A DNA stretch of 64,000 bases, taken from an uncultured Faecalicoccus sp. (GTDB lineage Bacteria; Bacillota_I; Bacilli_A; Erysipelotrichales; Erysipelotrichaceae). Position 1 is the stretch's first letter; the number at the start of each line of letters is the position of its first letter. Shown here piece after piece: positions 63,335 to 64,000 of the stretch. The notes below the pieces were generated by a model. The model searched no databases, was not told where the DNA came from, and saw nothing but the letters and a program-made list of their open reading frames with translations. The stretch lies in NCBI RefSeq assembly GCF_944327125.1, contig NZ_CALVGO010000001.1:2827-66826 (forward strand), given 5' to 3'. The translations under genes were made by a program, and so were the position numbers.

Positions 63335-64000
63335 ATGAATTCCTATTATCAGTCTTTATTTAAAGAACTCCAGACAAAAATGGAAGAGGAAAAGTACCAG
63401 GAGGCGTACGATTTGATTCATCAGGAAATCTCTGTTCCTTACGTTCCCCAGGACTGCCTGGATCGATTGATGGAATATGAGGAGGATTGTCGCCCTTATT
63501 TAAAGGAAGAAACAAAGTCTCCTTCCATTGAGCAGGTCTTTTCCTGGATCGATGATCCTTTGAAACAAGATCTGGTGATCCCTTTTTTAAAGACAGTGAA
63601 TTTAAGGCAATATCCTGAAGAAGTACAGTCTTTACTGAACAAGGATCTGTTGCCGGAAGTCAAAGGGGAACTGATTGAGTATCTGATGGAACAGAAAATC
63701 GATCTTCCTTTCCAAGTGGAAAAAGAAGGATGGGAGATCACCTTCATTCCAAGTGCGATCTTGGATGAGCATTCAGACCCGACCGTGCAGGAAGTCTTGG
63801 CGCTTTTTGATCAATGGTTTTCCAATGAGGATCCTGCATTTCAAAACTTCTGCATCACACTTTTTCATCAGGAGATCTTATCCCGAAGACCTTTTGATTT
63901 CAGTGAAGAAGAAGCCCTGCCTATCGCCATATCCATTGTTCGATTGGTGTATGATGCGTTTATGAGGGATGACGAGTTTGAAATCTTTATTCAAAATCAT
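63335..64000 (+). CDS. hypothetical protein, 5-prime partial view (the ORF runs off the window end)
   Basis: The ATG at 63335 is 4 nt after AGGAGG. The frame stays open for 222 codons to the window edge (MNSYYQSLFKELQTKMEEEKYQEAYDLIHQ...). It is absent from the ORF track because no stop is present. Confidence 0.6.
   Translation, partial: MNSYYQSLFKELQTKMEEEKYQEAYDLIHQEISVPYVPQDCLDRLMEYEEDCRPYLKEETKSPSIEQVFSWIDDPLKQDLVIPFLKTVNLRQYPEEVQSLLNKDLLPEVKGELIEYLMEQKIDLPFQVEKEGWEITFIPSAILDEHSDPTVQEVLALFDQWFSNEDPAFQNFCITLFHQEILSRRPFDFSEEEALPIAISIVRLVYDAFMRDDEFEIFIQNH

Noticed and set aside
1-64000. CRISPR arrays, rRNA operons, IS elements and classic defence systems (restriction-modification, Cas, abortive infection)
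   Set aside because: I looked for spaced direct repeats, transposase or integrase motifs, and methyltransferase or nuclease gene pairs, and found none in either strand's ORF set.

Overview
Low-GC Bacillota-type chromosomal segment. It shows strong GGAGG-type ribosome-binding sites, CIRCE operators, T-rich intrinsic terminators and the Firmicute suf gene order sufC-D-S-U-B. The gene content would fit an Erysipelotrichia-like gut anaerobe, but that is inference only. I can support about 70 protein genes, 3 tRNAs (Trp-CCA, Ser-GGA, Arg-TCT), a tandem glycine riboswitch and an FMN riboswitch. I saw no rRNA, CRISPR array, transposase or integrase.

Most of the window is housekeeping:
- an oxidative TCA branch (citrate synthase, aconitase, isocitrate dehydrogenase)
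- nagA, an fsa-like aldolase, clpB behind two CIRCE operators, purA
- the suf Fe-S assembly operon
- rnhC, cvpA, mutS2 and uvrC
- a siroheme branch (hemC, cobA-hemD, sirC-like) convergent with a siroheme-type sulfite/nitrite reductase

The one clearly accessory block is a translationally coupled operon of about 9.7 kb at 23899-33553. It carries type VIIb secretion hallmarks: an FHA-TM-FtsK/SpoIIIE ATPase, a YukD-sized protein, two WXG100-like proteins and a DUF4176-like protein. Its composition is unusual in five ways:
- a stand-alone FHA protein opens the locus
- the membrane protein in the EssB position keeps most Hanks-kinase catalytic motifs
- a signal-peptide Ig-like protein with a C-terminal anchor sits where EsaA/EssA would be expected
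- EssC is short and has a single recognisable P-loop
- the candidate substrate (269 aa) has a helical YxxxD N-terminus and a repeated amphipathic beta-rich C-terminus

An untracked 57-aa ORF sits inside this operon. All functional calls rest on motif reading by eye; no database search was run.
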